From Spironucleus salmonicida (taxonomy: Eukaryota): a stretch of DNA of 64,000 nucleotides. The notes under the pieces were generated by a model. It worked only from the letters and a program-made list of their open reading frames with translations, was not told where the DNA came from and did no database searches. The stretch is from assembly GCF_000497125.1 (NCBI RefSeq), contig NC_090598.1:1612001-1676000 (forward strand). Direction: 5' to 3'. Both the position numbers and the translations under genes were made by a program. Of the stretch, positions 26,052-39,570 are shown in pieces; position 1 is the stretch's first letter, and every line of letters begins with the position of its first letter.

Positions 26052-27280
26052 TTTTACAAAAATATTGCGGAATTATTATTATATTATATAAAATTTGTAT
26101 ATATCATTAAAATTTAATTACTGTCAAATTTTGTATACTTATATTGATTAATCTATTCTTACTCGTTGTCCTTACTATACTTGGCCTTCACAAAGCCCTC
26201 GTCTTCGGTGCTAAGCTGGGTGAAGAAGTTAGCGACATATCCGGTGCTCAGAGGACCTATCATAACAGGGTGGGTTCGGTTTGGCAATATCTGCTGCTGC
26301 ACTGCATGACATTTGAGAGCACCGAACCTGATGCCGTTCCTCTGCGTCACCACGAAGTTGCCCACCTCCTCGAGCGCGGGAAGTGTCTCTGCAAAAACAG
26401 ATACTGGGGCTCCCGAGTTGGCAATGGGAATGAAGGCCTTCACCGCGGGGAGGGGGCGCGATTTAGCGGCGATGATGATGCTGTCGAAGGCAAATTTCTT
26501 ATCGGAGAAGTCCGCATAACAGAGCATGGGTACTAGGTCTGCCTTCTGCACATTATGCAGCTTCCCGTCCACTATGCACAGCCTGCTCACGCGGCCCAGG
26601 GCGGTGCCGTTAACCCCGTAGTATGCCAGTCTTCTCTCTACCCAGAAGATAAAGTCGAGGTCCAGCTCCTTGGTGATTGTGTCGCTAGTGATCATCGGCA
26701 CCTCGCTTGTGAATATCTGCTTGCTGTTGGGGTCTGGAAACACGCCCAAGTTGTCCAAGAACTGGTCGTCCTGGCTCAAGAACCGCCACAGGTTGCAGTG
26801 GAATACCACCGGCGTGGTGGGCCATCTAGCGCCGTCCTCGTGAGCAGCCCTATGGGGTAGCAGGTTGCAGTCGATCAGGGTGTCCTTCAGCTAGCTGGCG
26901 GAGTGGTCTCCTGCGCACAGCACACTACTCTGAGAGTTGTGTGGGATGTTCGAGTTTTTGATAAAGTCGACGAATAGCTGCTTAATGTTAGCCTGGAGAT
27001 CGCGCAACTTCACCGCGTCAAACTCGCTCCCAATGAGCTTGATGAGATCAACACACTCCTACTCGAAGTCGCACTTGACGTTTTGCTTTAAGGGGTCTAT
27101 CTGAAGCTTCTCGCATACCGCACCTACCACGACGCCATCGAACTTGTGAAGTGATTTAGATTTTGCAAACTTGAAGAAAATGAAATCAATAAATTTGCAC
27201 AAATAATATTTTTAATAAAATTTGATTGCCAATCCAAAATCAATAACGTATAATTATATAATAATTATGTTATTATTCAT
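26048..27280 (-). pseudogene. 5'-truncated or chimeric TRM6 duplicate (pseudogene or new chimeric ORF)
   Basis: The TRM6 frame stays open into unrelated flanks. In-frame ATGs at 27280 and 27445; first TGA at 26048-26050. Lacks the ~150-aa TRM6 N-terminus. Confidence 0.55.
26164..27142 (-). repeat. 979-bp GC-rich duplicated segment, copy 1 (3' two-thirds of TRM6)
   Basis: Matches 42410..43388 at offset 16246. The only differences seen are 3 nt inside 26921..26943. Confidence 0.95.
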
Positions 27281-27485
27281 AATACATTTAAACAGGTTTT
27301 AAGAAGCATATTTGAACACTAGTGGAATTGGGATATAAATATATTTTTGATGTTTTAAATATATTAATAATATTAATTAGTAGGGATAAAAGATTTTACA
27401 ACAACAATAATCTATTATAATAAAATATAATGCAAATAATTTCATATTATATTGTATAAAATAATATAATATCAGGTATAAAATA

Positions 27486-27989
27486 ATGAGCAAACGTGCA
27501 AGAAAATCTAATTGGTCTTAAGAAGAAAATGATCTATTCATTACTGCATTGCAGTAGTATGGTAGATAAAATTACTAACAAATCCATCAATTTTTATGTG
27601 ATAACTATGATAATTTTGATAGGGATGTGAAAGAAGTAAAGAAAAAAGTATATAATTTTTTATAGGATAACATTTTATAATAAATTTAGCAAGATATTCA
27701 TTTATAAGTAGGTTATTCATTACTATGCACTTATAAGTAAAGAAATCCTATTAGTGGTGAATCTGATATGAATCTGCGGCATTTAATTCAATTTTTAAAC
27801 ACAGATTATTCTACATTAATGACAAACTACTAAAAGCTAAGAACTAAAATGGACAATTTTGAGAAAATATTAAACACTATATTGCATATTTGCAATGATA
27901 TTAATATAGACCCTTGGGATTTTGGATAGGTTCTGGAAGACCAGACTTATATTAGAATCTTAGAATCTTTTTATTAATCAATTTAATGA
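27486..27989 (+). CDS. Myb/SANT-domain protein, 167 aa
   Basis: RKSNWSQEENDLFITALQQYGRQNYQQI...RDVKEVKKKYYN. Confidence 0.8.
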
Positions 27990-28033
27990 TATTTTGGGTT
28001 ATTATATTATTGTCTTAATATATTTTTATATTA

Positions 28034-28996
28034 ATGAATGAAAAGCAATCATATCAATCAGCTATTTTTCTGGCCACTTAATCTATAGAAAATTTCGAAG
28101 GATATTTCAAGAATATTCCTGACATTGAATAAGCGATACATTCTATGTTTAATATTTCAGAAAACTAAAACGAATCTATTTCGGATATCTTTCTGAGCTC
28201 TAAATAAAAATCGACCATGCTTCAGTCCAGTCTTGATAATTCGTTTTCTATTAAAACATAGAAGCTGCATATAGAGCTTCCTACAAGCATCCCATCTTCG
28301 CCGTTTGTATCCACTCCAAAATTACTAGATTTTGACTCACAGTTGTCAGCTACATTTTCATACTAAAAGGCAAGCCCAACTGGCATCAGACTTGGATCTC
28401 CTGCCCGAAAGCTTGCTCGTAACGCGAATCTACGTCAGGAGGTCGATAATGCGACACGCCAGATTCACGTTAGTGGGCTGCAGCGACAAATCGAGTAGCT
28501 TAAGGTTTAAATGATTTAAATTAAATCTAATATTACCAAAAAAGATTAGGCCCTCGAACTTCTCAAAGTGCAGGGTTAGACAATTAAAAAACAGGGTGTA
28601 AGATAATCAGAAAATTGTAATAAATAGCAAGAGTAGATGAACAAGCAAATGAATGTGGTTAAGAAATTAGAAGAAATGCGAAACCATATTCATCATACGA
28701 TTTGTTCACTTGGAAATTCACACCCAGAGTATACTGTTTTTGTAAAAGGAAAGTGGATATATGACTAAGCTTAGTCACTTTTTTCTTAACTTTTGGATAT
28801 ATGTGATTCTAAAATTTACGATGCATCAAAATTTGCTTGTTTAAATATGCAGCAGCAAGTTTTGGAAGTTTAAGCTGATATTGAGCCACATTTGTATAAA
28901 AATTAATAACTGAGAGATGATTTTAGCCAGAAAGAGCAATTACTACAGGAACTAAAATTACAATATCATAACTGTATAATGAATCAATATAAATGA
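28034..28996 (+). CDS. hypothetical protein (Ser/Pro-rich middle, coiled-coil C-terminus), 320 aa
   Basis: Open frame ATG to TGA in the alternative code. Confidence 0.7.
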
Positions 28997-29005
28997 ACGA
29001 ATTTT

Positions 29006-29959
29006 TCACTTCCCAGTTAGTAATAAATCTCCATTTTAAAGTTACCTTACATCTATTTCCTTCTATTTATAATTATTCAATATTTACATGAAAATTTAGT
29101 TTTTATTTTCAGTAATTTCTGAAAATTTCATACTCTCTCCTTTATTTATTACAAATTAATCATTTAAATTAGTTGAAAATGCTAATGGATTATCAATAGT
29201 ATCAAGGGACTAGAAATTATCTTAAATACTATCATTATCTTCATATTACGAATTCTAAATAATCATACTTAAAAATTCTTCTTCAATTTACTCACTGATT
29301 TACTCAATATATTTTTACCAGTTGCAATCGTGAAGGATATTGGGTTCTTTTGGTTCTAGCGTTAAGTTTAAAAAATTTTGATTTTAAAAATCTAATTATA
29401 TTATTATTTTATCATCAAATTAAAGTTTCGTAGATATTTATTTTTTCTTTATAACTGTAAATCCAGATTCAGTTACTTAATCATCTGTAAGCTATAATTT
29501 GGAAATTTGTTGGTCAAATAAATCTTGCCCATGACGGGCAATCATATCATGATCAACTAATTCATTATTTTAATCAATATCCATTGATGGTAATTCAAAA
29601 TTATAAATCTCTTCAATATCATGTCCTTATCTAATTTCATCATCTGAAACTATAACTTCTGAAAGCTCATTAGTTAGAAGGATATCTAATGCTTCAAATT
29701 CTTTATGTAAGAACACAGTTTTATTTTAAATAGATTTGCTTAATGATATATTAACATCTGGCAATGAAAGGCGTTTTCCAGGCGAGACTTTGGAAAGAGG
29801 AGTTTTAGGCATATCTGTTGATGAAATGAATTTAGCAAATAATCTTGATGATAATTCATGCTATTTTATCCCAGCTCCTAATAGTGCGAGTAATTATTAT
29901 AACGCTAGTTATTAATTATTTTTAAGATCGGATAATATTTATTGAAGATTATTATTCAT
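29006..29959 (-). CDS. hypothetical protein, 317 aa
   Basis: ATG 29959 is in frame with TGA 29006-29008 (AAGTGAA). Confidence 0.7.
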
Positions 29960-30062
29960 TTGCAATTATAATTTTTTTAATATACAATATAATAATTATT
30001 TGTGATTAGAGTATGTATTTATAAATTAATATATAAATTAGTAATATGTTTTCTCCGCTTAA

Positions 30063-32216
30063 ATGTAAGCCAAATTACTATTATAGTAAAATGAAGATGC
30101 TAACGTAATTAACAATAAAATTCTACAAAAATATGATAATAAACTGTTTAATAATATTATTGTCGTGCCGAAGGAGAAAGTGGACCCCGCCGAGGTTGAA
30201 ATAGCGATTGGTGGGGAGCAGCGCGCCGACTATGAACATGCAGAGGAGAAAGACGCATGGCACACAGAAGATAACCTCCCAAACGTCATTGTCGTGCCGA
30301 AGGAGAAAGTGGACCCCGCCGAGGTTGAAATAGCGATTGGTGGGGAGCAGCGCGCCGACTATGAACATGCAGAGGAGAAAGACGCATGGCACACAGAAGA
30401 TAACCTCCCAAACGTCATTGTCGTGCCGAAGGAGAAAGTGGACCCCGCCGAGGTTGAAATAGCGATTGGTGGGGAGCAGCGCGCCGACTATGAACATGCA
30501 GAGGAGAAAGACGCATGGCACACAGAAGATAACCTCCCAAACGTCATTGTCGTGCCGAAGGAGAAAGTGGACCCCGCCGAGGTTGAAATAGCGATTGGTG
30601 GGGAGCAGCGCGCCGACTATGAACATGCAGAGGAGAAAGACGCATGGCACACAGAAGATAACCTCCCAAACGTCATTGTCGTGCCGAAGGAGAAAGTGGA
30701 CCCCGCCGAGGTTGAAATAGCGATTGGTGGGGAGCAGCGCGCCGACTATGAACATGCAGAGGAGAAAGACGCATGGCACACAGAAGATAACCTCCCAAAC
30801 GTCATTGTCGTGCCGAAGGAGAAAGTGGACCCCGCCGAGGTTGAAATAGCGATTGGTGGGGAGCAGCGCGCCGACTATGAACATGCAGAGGAGAAAGACG
30901 CATGGCACACAGAAGATAACCTCCCAAACGTCATTGTCGTGCCGAAGGAGAAAGTGGACCCCGCCGAGGTTGAAATAGCGATTGGTGGGGAGCAGCGCGC
31001 CGACTATGAACATGCAGAGGAGAAAGACGCATGGCACACAGAAGATAACCTCCCAAACGTCATTGTCGTGCCGAAGGAGAAAGTGGACCCCGCCGAGGTT
31101 GAAATAGCGATTGGTGGGGAGCAGCGCGCCGACTATGAACATGCAGAGGAGAAAGACGCATGGCACACAGAAGATAACCTCCCAAACGTCATTGTCGTGC
31201 CGAAGGAGAAAGTGGACCCCGCCGAGGTTGAAATAGCGATTGGTGGGGAGCAGCGCGCCGACTATGAACATGCAGAGGAGAAAGACGCATGGCACACAGA
31301 AGATAACCTCCCAAACGTCATTGTCGTGCCGTCAACTTAAGTTGACGGCGACGACATAGATTGTATTAATAGGTATTAAAATATTGAGGTTTATGATTCT
31401 ATAAGTATTGACAGTAACCATTGTTAAAATATAGATTTCAATTATTAAAATATATTTGAATAAGAAAATGCTGATTTTTAAGTAAAGACCATAATCAACT
31501 AAAGTCCGTCAGTCAATTTATCTTAAAATTAGAACTCTCTATAATTTGAAGTTGAATATATTTAGTAATTCTAGACGGCTATTAATGATGAAGATTTAGT
31601 CGATACAAATTTAGAAGATTTAGATGATGCTGTATTACGAACATAGTCACAGTCTTCTAAATTATAAGTATCTTACATATCTACTTAATAAAGAAAGTAA
31701 ACATTATCGTAATCATTGAGACCTTCTTATTAAGTTAAGTATGCTAAAATATCACCAGCAAGATATTAGTTACATGAAATAGTTACAAGAAAACATGCTA
31801 AAAAAACAATAGATGATCAAGATTTATTATTAAAAGAGCTTTAAAAAGAATTATAGACACCAAAGAATTAGACACGCAGAGTATAATTTTTAGATATTAG
31901 TGATAAGAATCATGCATTAGCGGAAGAATTAGTACCAAAGGTAAATTTTTAAGATAGATATGCTTATATCATTGAAGGAGATAAAATATTTTAAAAAAAG
32001 AAGAGACATGCTGAAATTGAGAGATAAATAAGGAAGAAAGATTATTAAAGTAGTCATTAAAGTAATTATTGTAGATAAAATATTAGTTCAAATAATGTTT
32101 CTACTGATGCAAATGGATATTAATATTTACAAGTTAGTAAGCTTGTTAGAGAGATAATTAATGCTCCATTAATAGTCCCAAAAGGAAAAACTTAAGATGA
32201 ATGTGTAGGAGAGTGA
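30063..32216 (+). CDS. hypothetical protein with nine 43-aa acidic repeats, 717 aa
   Basis: ATG 30063 is in frame with track ORF 30165..31340, reads through TAA(Gln) and stops at GAGTGA 32214-32216. Confidence 0.8.
30159..31331 (+). repeat. coding tandem repeat, 129-bp unit x ~9.1, GC-rich
   Basis: ATTGTCGTGCCG recurs every 129 bp (30159, 30288 ... 31320). Units appear identical and encode IVVPKEKVDPAEVEIAIGGEQRADYEHAEEKDAWHTEDNLPNV. Confidence 0.97.
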
Positions 32217-32266
32217 ATATATTATTATGATATTATATTATGTTATTATCAAAATTTTGTATTAAA

Positions 32267-34408
32267 ATGTAACAAGTTGTCGACGAAGATTGGATACCAG
32301 ATCCCGAAGAAATTTAAGACTATGCTGAGTATATTGGTATTGATGTTGCTAATGAAAAACATTTATTATGGATAGCGGAGGAAGGCCTAAAAGCTCCTCT
32401 ACCTGATAATTGGATAGCGGCCAAGACCGATGATGGTGATGTCTACTATTAAAATACAAAGACAAAAGAATCTTCTTGGGATCATCCATGTGATTCATTA
32501 TATTAAGAGAAGGTGATAGAATAAAGAAAGAAAGGTAGTCAAGTAAAGCCTTAGTAATCTAAAGTTCAAGATATTAAAAAAGATGAAGTAAAGCAAGTAT
32601 AATCATAAAAACCGATAGTAGCTGAGATTCCACCTTTCAATATCATATAAAGAAATAGAGCTCCTTCGCCTGAGTCAAAAATTGGATTTATTGATGCTCC
32701 TGAAGTAGATATGGAAAATATTAAATATTCAGCAAACTCTGTTGCAACTAATTTACAAATAGATTTTTCTAATGAAATTTTGAAGATTACAAATGCCCAT
32801 GCTGAAGAAATTAAGATAATTTTAAAGTAGTAATCTAATGAAATTTCTTAGCTTAATAGAGATCATTAATAGAAAATATAGCAATTGGAAAATGATAATA
32901 CAAGAGAAGTAAGATAGATTAGAAATAAACACGATGAAGAAATAATGTCTTTGAAAAAATAACTTAATTAAGAGTGGATAGAAGTTTAGCATGAAGTTAG
33001 GAAAACATAGTTTTAAGACCATGGATAACCAGATATTTACAACTAGGAGTTAGCAAAAAGTCAAACATTAATTGCAGCATAAAAAATTTAAGTAGCAGAT
33101 GCCGATAAATAAGTATCTGATAAAAAAAGAGAATTGGGACAATTATAACTAGATATTGAACAGCTCACTGATCGGATAACATACGCCACAGATTAAAAAA
33201 CTAGATTGATATAAGAACTTGAGTAGTTAAGTCATGAGAATATGTAAACTAAATAAAAATTGAATTAACAAGTCGATGAAAAAATGAAAAAATTATAATA
33301 AAATTAAACAAGTTCTAACAATAATGTTTATGATGTATCTAGCTAAGAAAATATTAGATTAAAAAGACAGATATAGGAGATTTATGATGCTTATGAGAAA
33401 TTAAAAAATAAAGTAAAAACAGGACATCAACCATCAGATTAAGGCACTAACAATAAATTGTAATCTTATATTTCTGTTGATGCATTTTCTTAATTAGCAA
33501 ATACAATCATTTACACACTACCAGATCCTTTTAGAACGCGACTATTATTTATGAAATATATAGTTTTGTTATTATCTAATGGATTGAGTTCTATAAAACA
33601 TTAAATAGATTTGTAAATTAAATCCATTGAAGCTAAAAGATCTTCATTTACAGCTGAATAATAGCTCTATTAACATTCAGAAGACAAAAATATTTTATAG
33701 AAATTATATAAATAAAGAAAATAAATTGATACAGATTCTTAAATTGTAAATTAAAAAGTTAATGATTTTAGGAAATCTCAAGAATTTTTAAAGCAATATC
33801 GTTCATTTTTGAATTCAGCTGTTAAATTTATAAGCATATTATCTAAAGGCTCATAAATTATAGAGTTATGTACAGAGTTTTATCAATAGACATCAACATC
33901 ATCATTTACAGAATTATTTAACTTTGCTGTTGATGGAGAAGAAGCTTGGATATTTCCTCCTTTATAGTAAATTGATCAAACAAGTAGAATTGAACCATAA
34001 CTTGAAAATATTAGAAATTAGGTTATATCTCTTTTATCAAATGAAGACAAGCGTACATTATAAGTTATTTCAGATAGTATGATTAGTTGTAAAATTTCAT
34101 CTAATTTAGAAAACTCTAGTATATTTGGTATAATTTCATCATTTGCTGATTCTAGTAATATTAATATTGAATACATTAATACTAAATATATGCTATATAA
34201 GTATTAAGAAGTTCCTGAGATATTAGCTAATATTGGGATTAAATAAGGTATTTTCTCAACAAAATAAGAGAATAACAATTAAGTATGTTCACAGGATAAT
34301 AAATTAATAAATAAAACTGAACAGTTGTCAAATTAACATCTTCTTATAGATTAAGTTGTGCGATAAAATGATGAATGGTTAAATACTTTTAAGAAAACAA
34401 TGAAATGA
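32267..34408 (+). CDS. CEP164: CEP164-like centriolar distal-appendage protein (WW domain plus coiled coil), 713 aa
   Basis: PDPEEIQDYAEYIGIDVANEKHLLWIAEEGLKAPLPDNW...GDVYYQNTKTKESSWDHPCD is the CEP164 N-terminal module. Confidence 0.85.
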
Positions 34409-34442
34409 GTTATTATATTATATTTTTATATTTGTTATTAAA

Positions 34443-35453
34443 ATGTCTTATCATGAACCATTTTTATTTAGATTTAATAAGCACATCATATAAGTTGATA
34501 ATTTCACTATCCAAATTAAAAATACTATTAAATTTTTAACACACTATCACACTGATCACTTTCAAGGGATAAATTTAAACGATCATGTTTATTGTTCTTA
34601 AATAACAGCTCAGTTGTTGCTTGCTAACAAAAAAGCTAAGCCAATAATTCTTAATTCCCCAATTGATTTAAATGGATTATTAATTACTCCAATATCAGCA
34701 AACCATTGTCCAGGCTCAGTAATGTTTTTATTTGAAGAATTATAAACACGAAAGATAGTTCTATTTACAGGAGACTTTAAATATGATTTGAATTAAAGTT
34801 TATGCATATGCTGGGGGATATTACAAGGCCTTATTGATATTTTAATTTTAGATACTACTTATATTTAGTAAAAATAATTTATTTCGTAATAGTATGCCAT
34901 TATACAGGGAGTTAATTATTTAAGATAACATTTTAACCATGATAATGATAAAATACTTTTTAATTCTTATATTGTAGGAAAGGAGAGGATATTATTGGCA
35001 ATTGCATCTGCCCTAGATATTAAATTTTATGCAACAAATAAAAAAAGAAATTAATCACTGAAAATAATTTTTTCTGACAAATTTTCAGATTTTTTCACTG
35101 AGGAGGATAATAATTTGGGGACTATAATCATTGCAAAATCAGATTCCTAGAAAAAATAATATTTCTCTAAATATTCGAAATTTAATAAAATTTTTATGAT
35201 TGAACCCACAGGATGGGTTAAAAAATTTACAACTTATCAGGATAAAAATTATCCATAAATTATTCATATTCATATACCATATACTGAGCATTGTGATAGT
35301 CAAGAGTTAAAAAATTTTGTAAATATGATTAAACCTAAATAGATTATTAGTATATTAGCTAAAAATATGTACCATAATAATAAAATTATTTAATAGTTAT
35401 CTACATAGTCTTATTAAAGTGCATCAATTTCATCTTCTATCAATTATATTTGA
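34443..35453 (+). CDS. SNM1/PSO2-like DNA cross-link repair nuclease (MBL/beta-CASP), 336 aa
   Basis: FLTHYHTDHFQG, ANHCPGSVMFLF, TGDFK, LDTTY, YIVGKER, PTGW, IPYTEHC. Confidence 0.9.
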
Positions 35454-35530
35454 ATATCGTATACCAAATTTTTAGTTAGCACTGTTAAACTCCTAGATTT
35501 AATTATATTATAATATTCTCAATTATACTA

Positions 35531-36952
35531 TCACTTTTCTAAATTCAAACAAAAGAATAACCCTAACATTGAAAATATAATACAGCAACTATAAGATATT
35601 TATACTCCAAAAATAAGAATGTGTAATATATTTCCTATTTGATTATTTTTTTCGGTTTATTTTGAATAAATTTATTCTGCTAATTGTTATAAAGCAAGTG
35701 ATAGCGCCATTCCTATAGATAATGATAATTTATTAAAATAACTTAAACATGAAGCGACTATTGATTTATGTTCTATTTAAGTTTTTAAAGTATTATGACT
35801 CATAATAGCAAGCTATATTTGCAAATAATATAGTGAACTTAATATATGAAGAATTTCAATTAGCCAAATTTAACAATAATATTTCAAGGAAATAACACTT
35901 ATTACTTGATTAATTAATAAAAGACTTGATCCACAGAGTATTATACATTTAAGTTAATAACGTTTAACTATTTTTGAAATAATCTGAGCCAACGCCAAAT
36001 TTATAATCTTATTTATAGAAATTAATATACCATTTTCTATTATTGTTAGCTAAAAAATTTATCTCCATATAATAGGATATTAAAAAAATTCAGCAGCTAT
36101 TGAAACAGACAGTAAAAATTATATAAACACAAAAGAATATTTTTTAATAAAATATTAAATTGAAAACAAATTATTAGATGAGTTCTAATATAATTATATA
36201 AATACAATGATAGAGAGTGTGCCTAATACAATTATTACCAATGATACTAACATATATTGAATTTTATTTAATAAAGTTAATCCTGATATAAATAGAGTTG
36301 TTCCTAGTGGAATAAAAAGTAATATATGCTAATTTGTGACTTCCAATTTATTATATGTTATTTTCTAAGCTATCAATAATGTAACATAAATTGTGTGTAT
36401 TATACTAACTGAAGATATTGTCAAATAAATATACTAAAGTCCATAGTATTAAAGAATAAAAGGAAAGAGTAGACTTGATATTATTTCACTTGCAGAAAGG
36501 ATAGTTACGGAAAAAGTTATAGCCTTCGGAATAAACTGAATGTCTATTAAATTTCTAATTAATGGAGTTGTGCCTACTAGTAAAAACGATGAGCTTATAC
36601 CCTGAATAATTCTTAGTACGATAATTATTAAAAAATTTGAATTAAAAATTGTGCATAGGATCATAGATATACATAAAACCCATGTACTAAATAAATATAG
36701 GGTCTATACTCCAAATACTTACTAAAAACTATTAAAATATACTGTAAAGCTACATATACTTATAATATCTATATGCTATAGTAATTAAATTTAATTTAAC
36801 GAAACTTCATAATACTTTGCGATAAAAATTGAATTGTTGATGAAGCAATTTTGAATAACTAGAAAATATATTTGTGGAGGTGCTATAATAAGCAATGCTG
36901 TCAATATAGGGCTTGTTCGTAATGTTTATAAATATTTGCGTTAAAAATTCAT
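35531..36952 (-). CDS. major facilitator superfamily transporter, 473 aa
   Basis: Many hydrophobic helices; IIVLRIIQGISSS (MFS motif B-like); ASCLSYFNKLSLSIGMAL near the C-terminus. Contains track ORF 36449..36664. Confidence 0.75.
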
Positions 36953-37052
36953 TTAAAAGAGTCATACTAATATATTTTATACTAAACATATATTTAACTT
37001 TCAAATAAAATTATAATTCTTATATAATAATAAATAAGGTATATGTTAACTA

Positions 37053-39536
37053 ATGTTTGAAGTATCAAAATATGTTAAACAATTGGGCAACTTTTAGTCA
37101 ATTGAATCACTTGATTAATTTCTATACGAGTAACATGAAAAGACATAGATTCAGTAAAATCTCAATTAACAAATTAATTAAAATCTTATTAATTTCTAAC
37201 TCTTATACTCATCTCGTGAACAAATTACCTAACTGCATCCATAATTTAAAAACTAAAATTTTTCTATAGTTAGCGAAAAACTGTAGTCATTAAATTAAAT
37301 TTAGGATTAATTTAAATCCTTTGAAATATAAGAATAAAAATTATAAAGTAATTTAAGTGAAACAAATGCAGATAAAGAGCTATCTAGCATTCTTGACTAT
37401 GACATCAATTTAGCTGTAAAGTTAATTCTTAAATATGAAAATAACTTGGACGAATAGGTTTAATTATCATTGAAAATCGCCAAAACTAAATTTTTTGCTT
37501 AAAATAATATTATGCCACTCTGTTTATTTCAGTAATTACTTAAATCTAAATCACCTTTCACTGAATTTAACGAATTACTTACTAAGAGTCTAAATAATTT
37601 ACGTGCTTTTAGTTTTGAGGAGAATTAATTTTTAAAATAAATGTAGTAACTTGACTAAGTACTGATTGATGAAAATCATCTGAAAATTGTATAATAAATG
37701 TTATTTATTGAGATATATATTGGAGAGATAATTATTATTTTGTTAATAATTCGTTAACTTACCAAGTAATATGTTGAACTTATGGAAACTATAATGTAGA
37801 AAAAATTTGTTAACCTTGACGATATTATATCTTCATTAACATAGTAATTTGACTTAGAAAGCTTTGAATAAATTAATAGAACTAGCTTCAGTGGTATATT
37901 CTTTAATAGTTATTAGTTTAATTAAAAAATTTAAACATAAATCAATATGTTTAAGGATATGTTTGCAAAGTAATATTTTAATATATTAAATATTTTGTAA
38001 ATTATAATTAATAATACAGATTAGTTAAATATTGATTAAGCAAATAAAGTATAATTTTAGCTTTCAACCTAAGCTATTCTTTAATATTTATTAGATTTTA
38101 TAGTACCGTTTATATAATAGGATGATTTAATCTTAAATGAATTTATGCTGTTAAATTTGTGTAAAATTAATTAATTTATTTGTTAAAATAGTAGGTATTA
38201 TATTATATTCAAAACCTAGATCGAGGAACTGTAATAAAAAGTAATAAATAAAATTGCAATTCAAACATCTAATATCATCATAGCATCTTCATATTTTTAT
38301 TACTAATTTCCTTAGTTATCAATTAATGATATCAAAAATATAAACATGAATCAGATAGATTTCATATACTTATTATAGATTTAAAAACTATAAAAGACAT
38401 CTGATTTATCTATATAAGTTTAATTTTTAATCATTGGTATTGAGTAATTAGCAAAATTTTCTGAATCCTGTAATAATATGTAGTCAAATAATGTTTATAC
38501 CTTGCTATAATAATCATACGTTAGCATTTTTAACATTTTTTTAGTGTAAGTAGAAATAATTGTTTAGCATTACCATTTGTATCATAGTTAGCTTAGAATA
38601 GCTTACGATATTAATTAAAAAAACATAATATAAAACATAATTGATTTAAATTTTTCAAAATCATATATACCTAAAGAATCATTATTTTTTAAGATAATTT
38701 TAGTTGATTTAGAAATACTTTTTACCTTTGTTTTTCCACTAACATGCATAATTTATTGTTAAGCATTTAATTTAAGAATTAAATAGTAATTTTAGTCTTA
38801 TTACTAATAATTTGCTAATTTTTAAATCTAAGATATTATATAACATTTTCTAACTATAACTTAAAATTTCTTCAAATCTACAGAGTTTATACCTAGCAAA
38901 TAAATTTCAAGCCTTATGGGTTAATAAGTCAATAATTTATTTTTAGCAAATCAGGGTTAGTTCAATTAACAGTCTTTGATTTAACCATATGACGAAATTT
39001 ATAATACGTCTCTAGTAATATTGACCAAATAATTTGAGTATACAACATTATAGGTAAGCATAATGCATTCTAATAGTGTTATATTAAAATTAGGAGACTT
39101 TACAAGATCATTTGTAAAAAGAGTTAAATAGACTCCAGATTTAACTGTATCTAATAGATAATTTTCTAATTTTACTAGTATATTTTCTTAATTACATGAA
39201 GGACTCACAAAAGAGGTTGAACGTTGGATAGGGTTACGGGATTTAACTATAATAATTAATCAAATTTCTGGTTTTAAGTTTACTAACTAAAATGATTTAT
39301 CATCAGCGATTACAGGTAATATCCCAATAGGTCCATGGTCAGAACCATAGATTGTTGTTTTTGAAATAATAATCGGTGTTTTATGTAATATTTATTCGTT
39401 TGAGAGTACTCTTCATTGTCTTGTAAAAAGAGACAATGGGAGAATAGAGTAATATAATCCTGAAATTATTAACAAGTAGATATGCATACTAATAATATAA
39501 GAAATAGTTAAATATCTTAAAGGATTTTAAGAGTGA
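37053..39536 (+). CDS. large helical hypothetical protein, possibly a CATCHR tether (COG/exocyst/GARP-like), 827 aa
   Basis: ATG 37053 is in frame with GAGTGA 39534-39536. N-terminal coiled coil (LNQQINQNLINFQLLYSSREQI). The family guess is weak. Confidence 0.6.
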
Positions 39537-39570
39537 AATAAATATTAAAATTATATACTAGTAAAATCAA

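Noticed and set aside
26144-26860. Plus-strand track ORFs in the duplicated segment, and their twins at 42516-43106
   Set aside because: They are antisense shadows of GC-rich TRM6 coding sequence.
26164-27142. Transposon or IS element (two GC-rich copies)
   Set aside because: No transposase or RT motifs, terminal repeats or target-site duplication. The encoded protein is the TRM6 C-terminal region and is continuous with a native 5' half at the second locus.
30123-31295. 390-aa hydrophobic repeat ORF on the minus strand
   Set aside because: It is the antisense shadow of the plus-strand repeat gene and is confined to the repeat.
30159-31331. CRISPR array
   Set aside because: Units are contiguous and identical with no unique spacers, they lie in frame within a eukaryotic CDS, and there are no cas genes.
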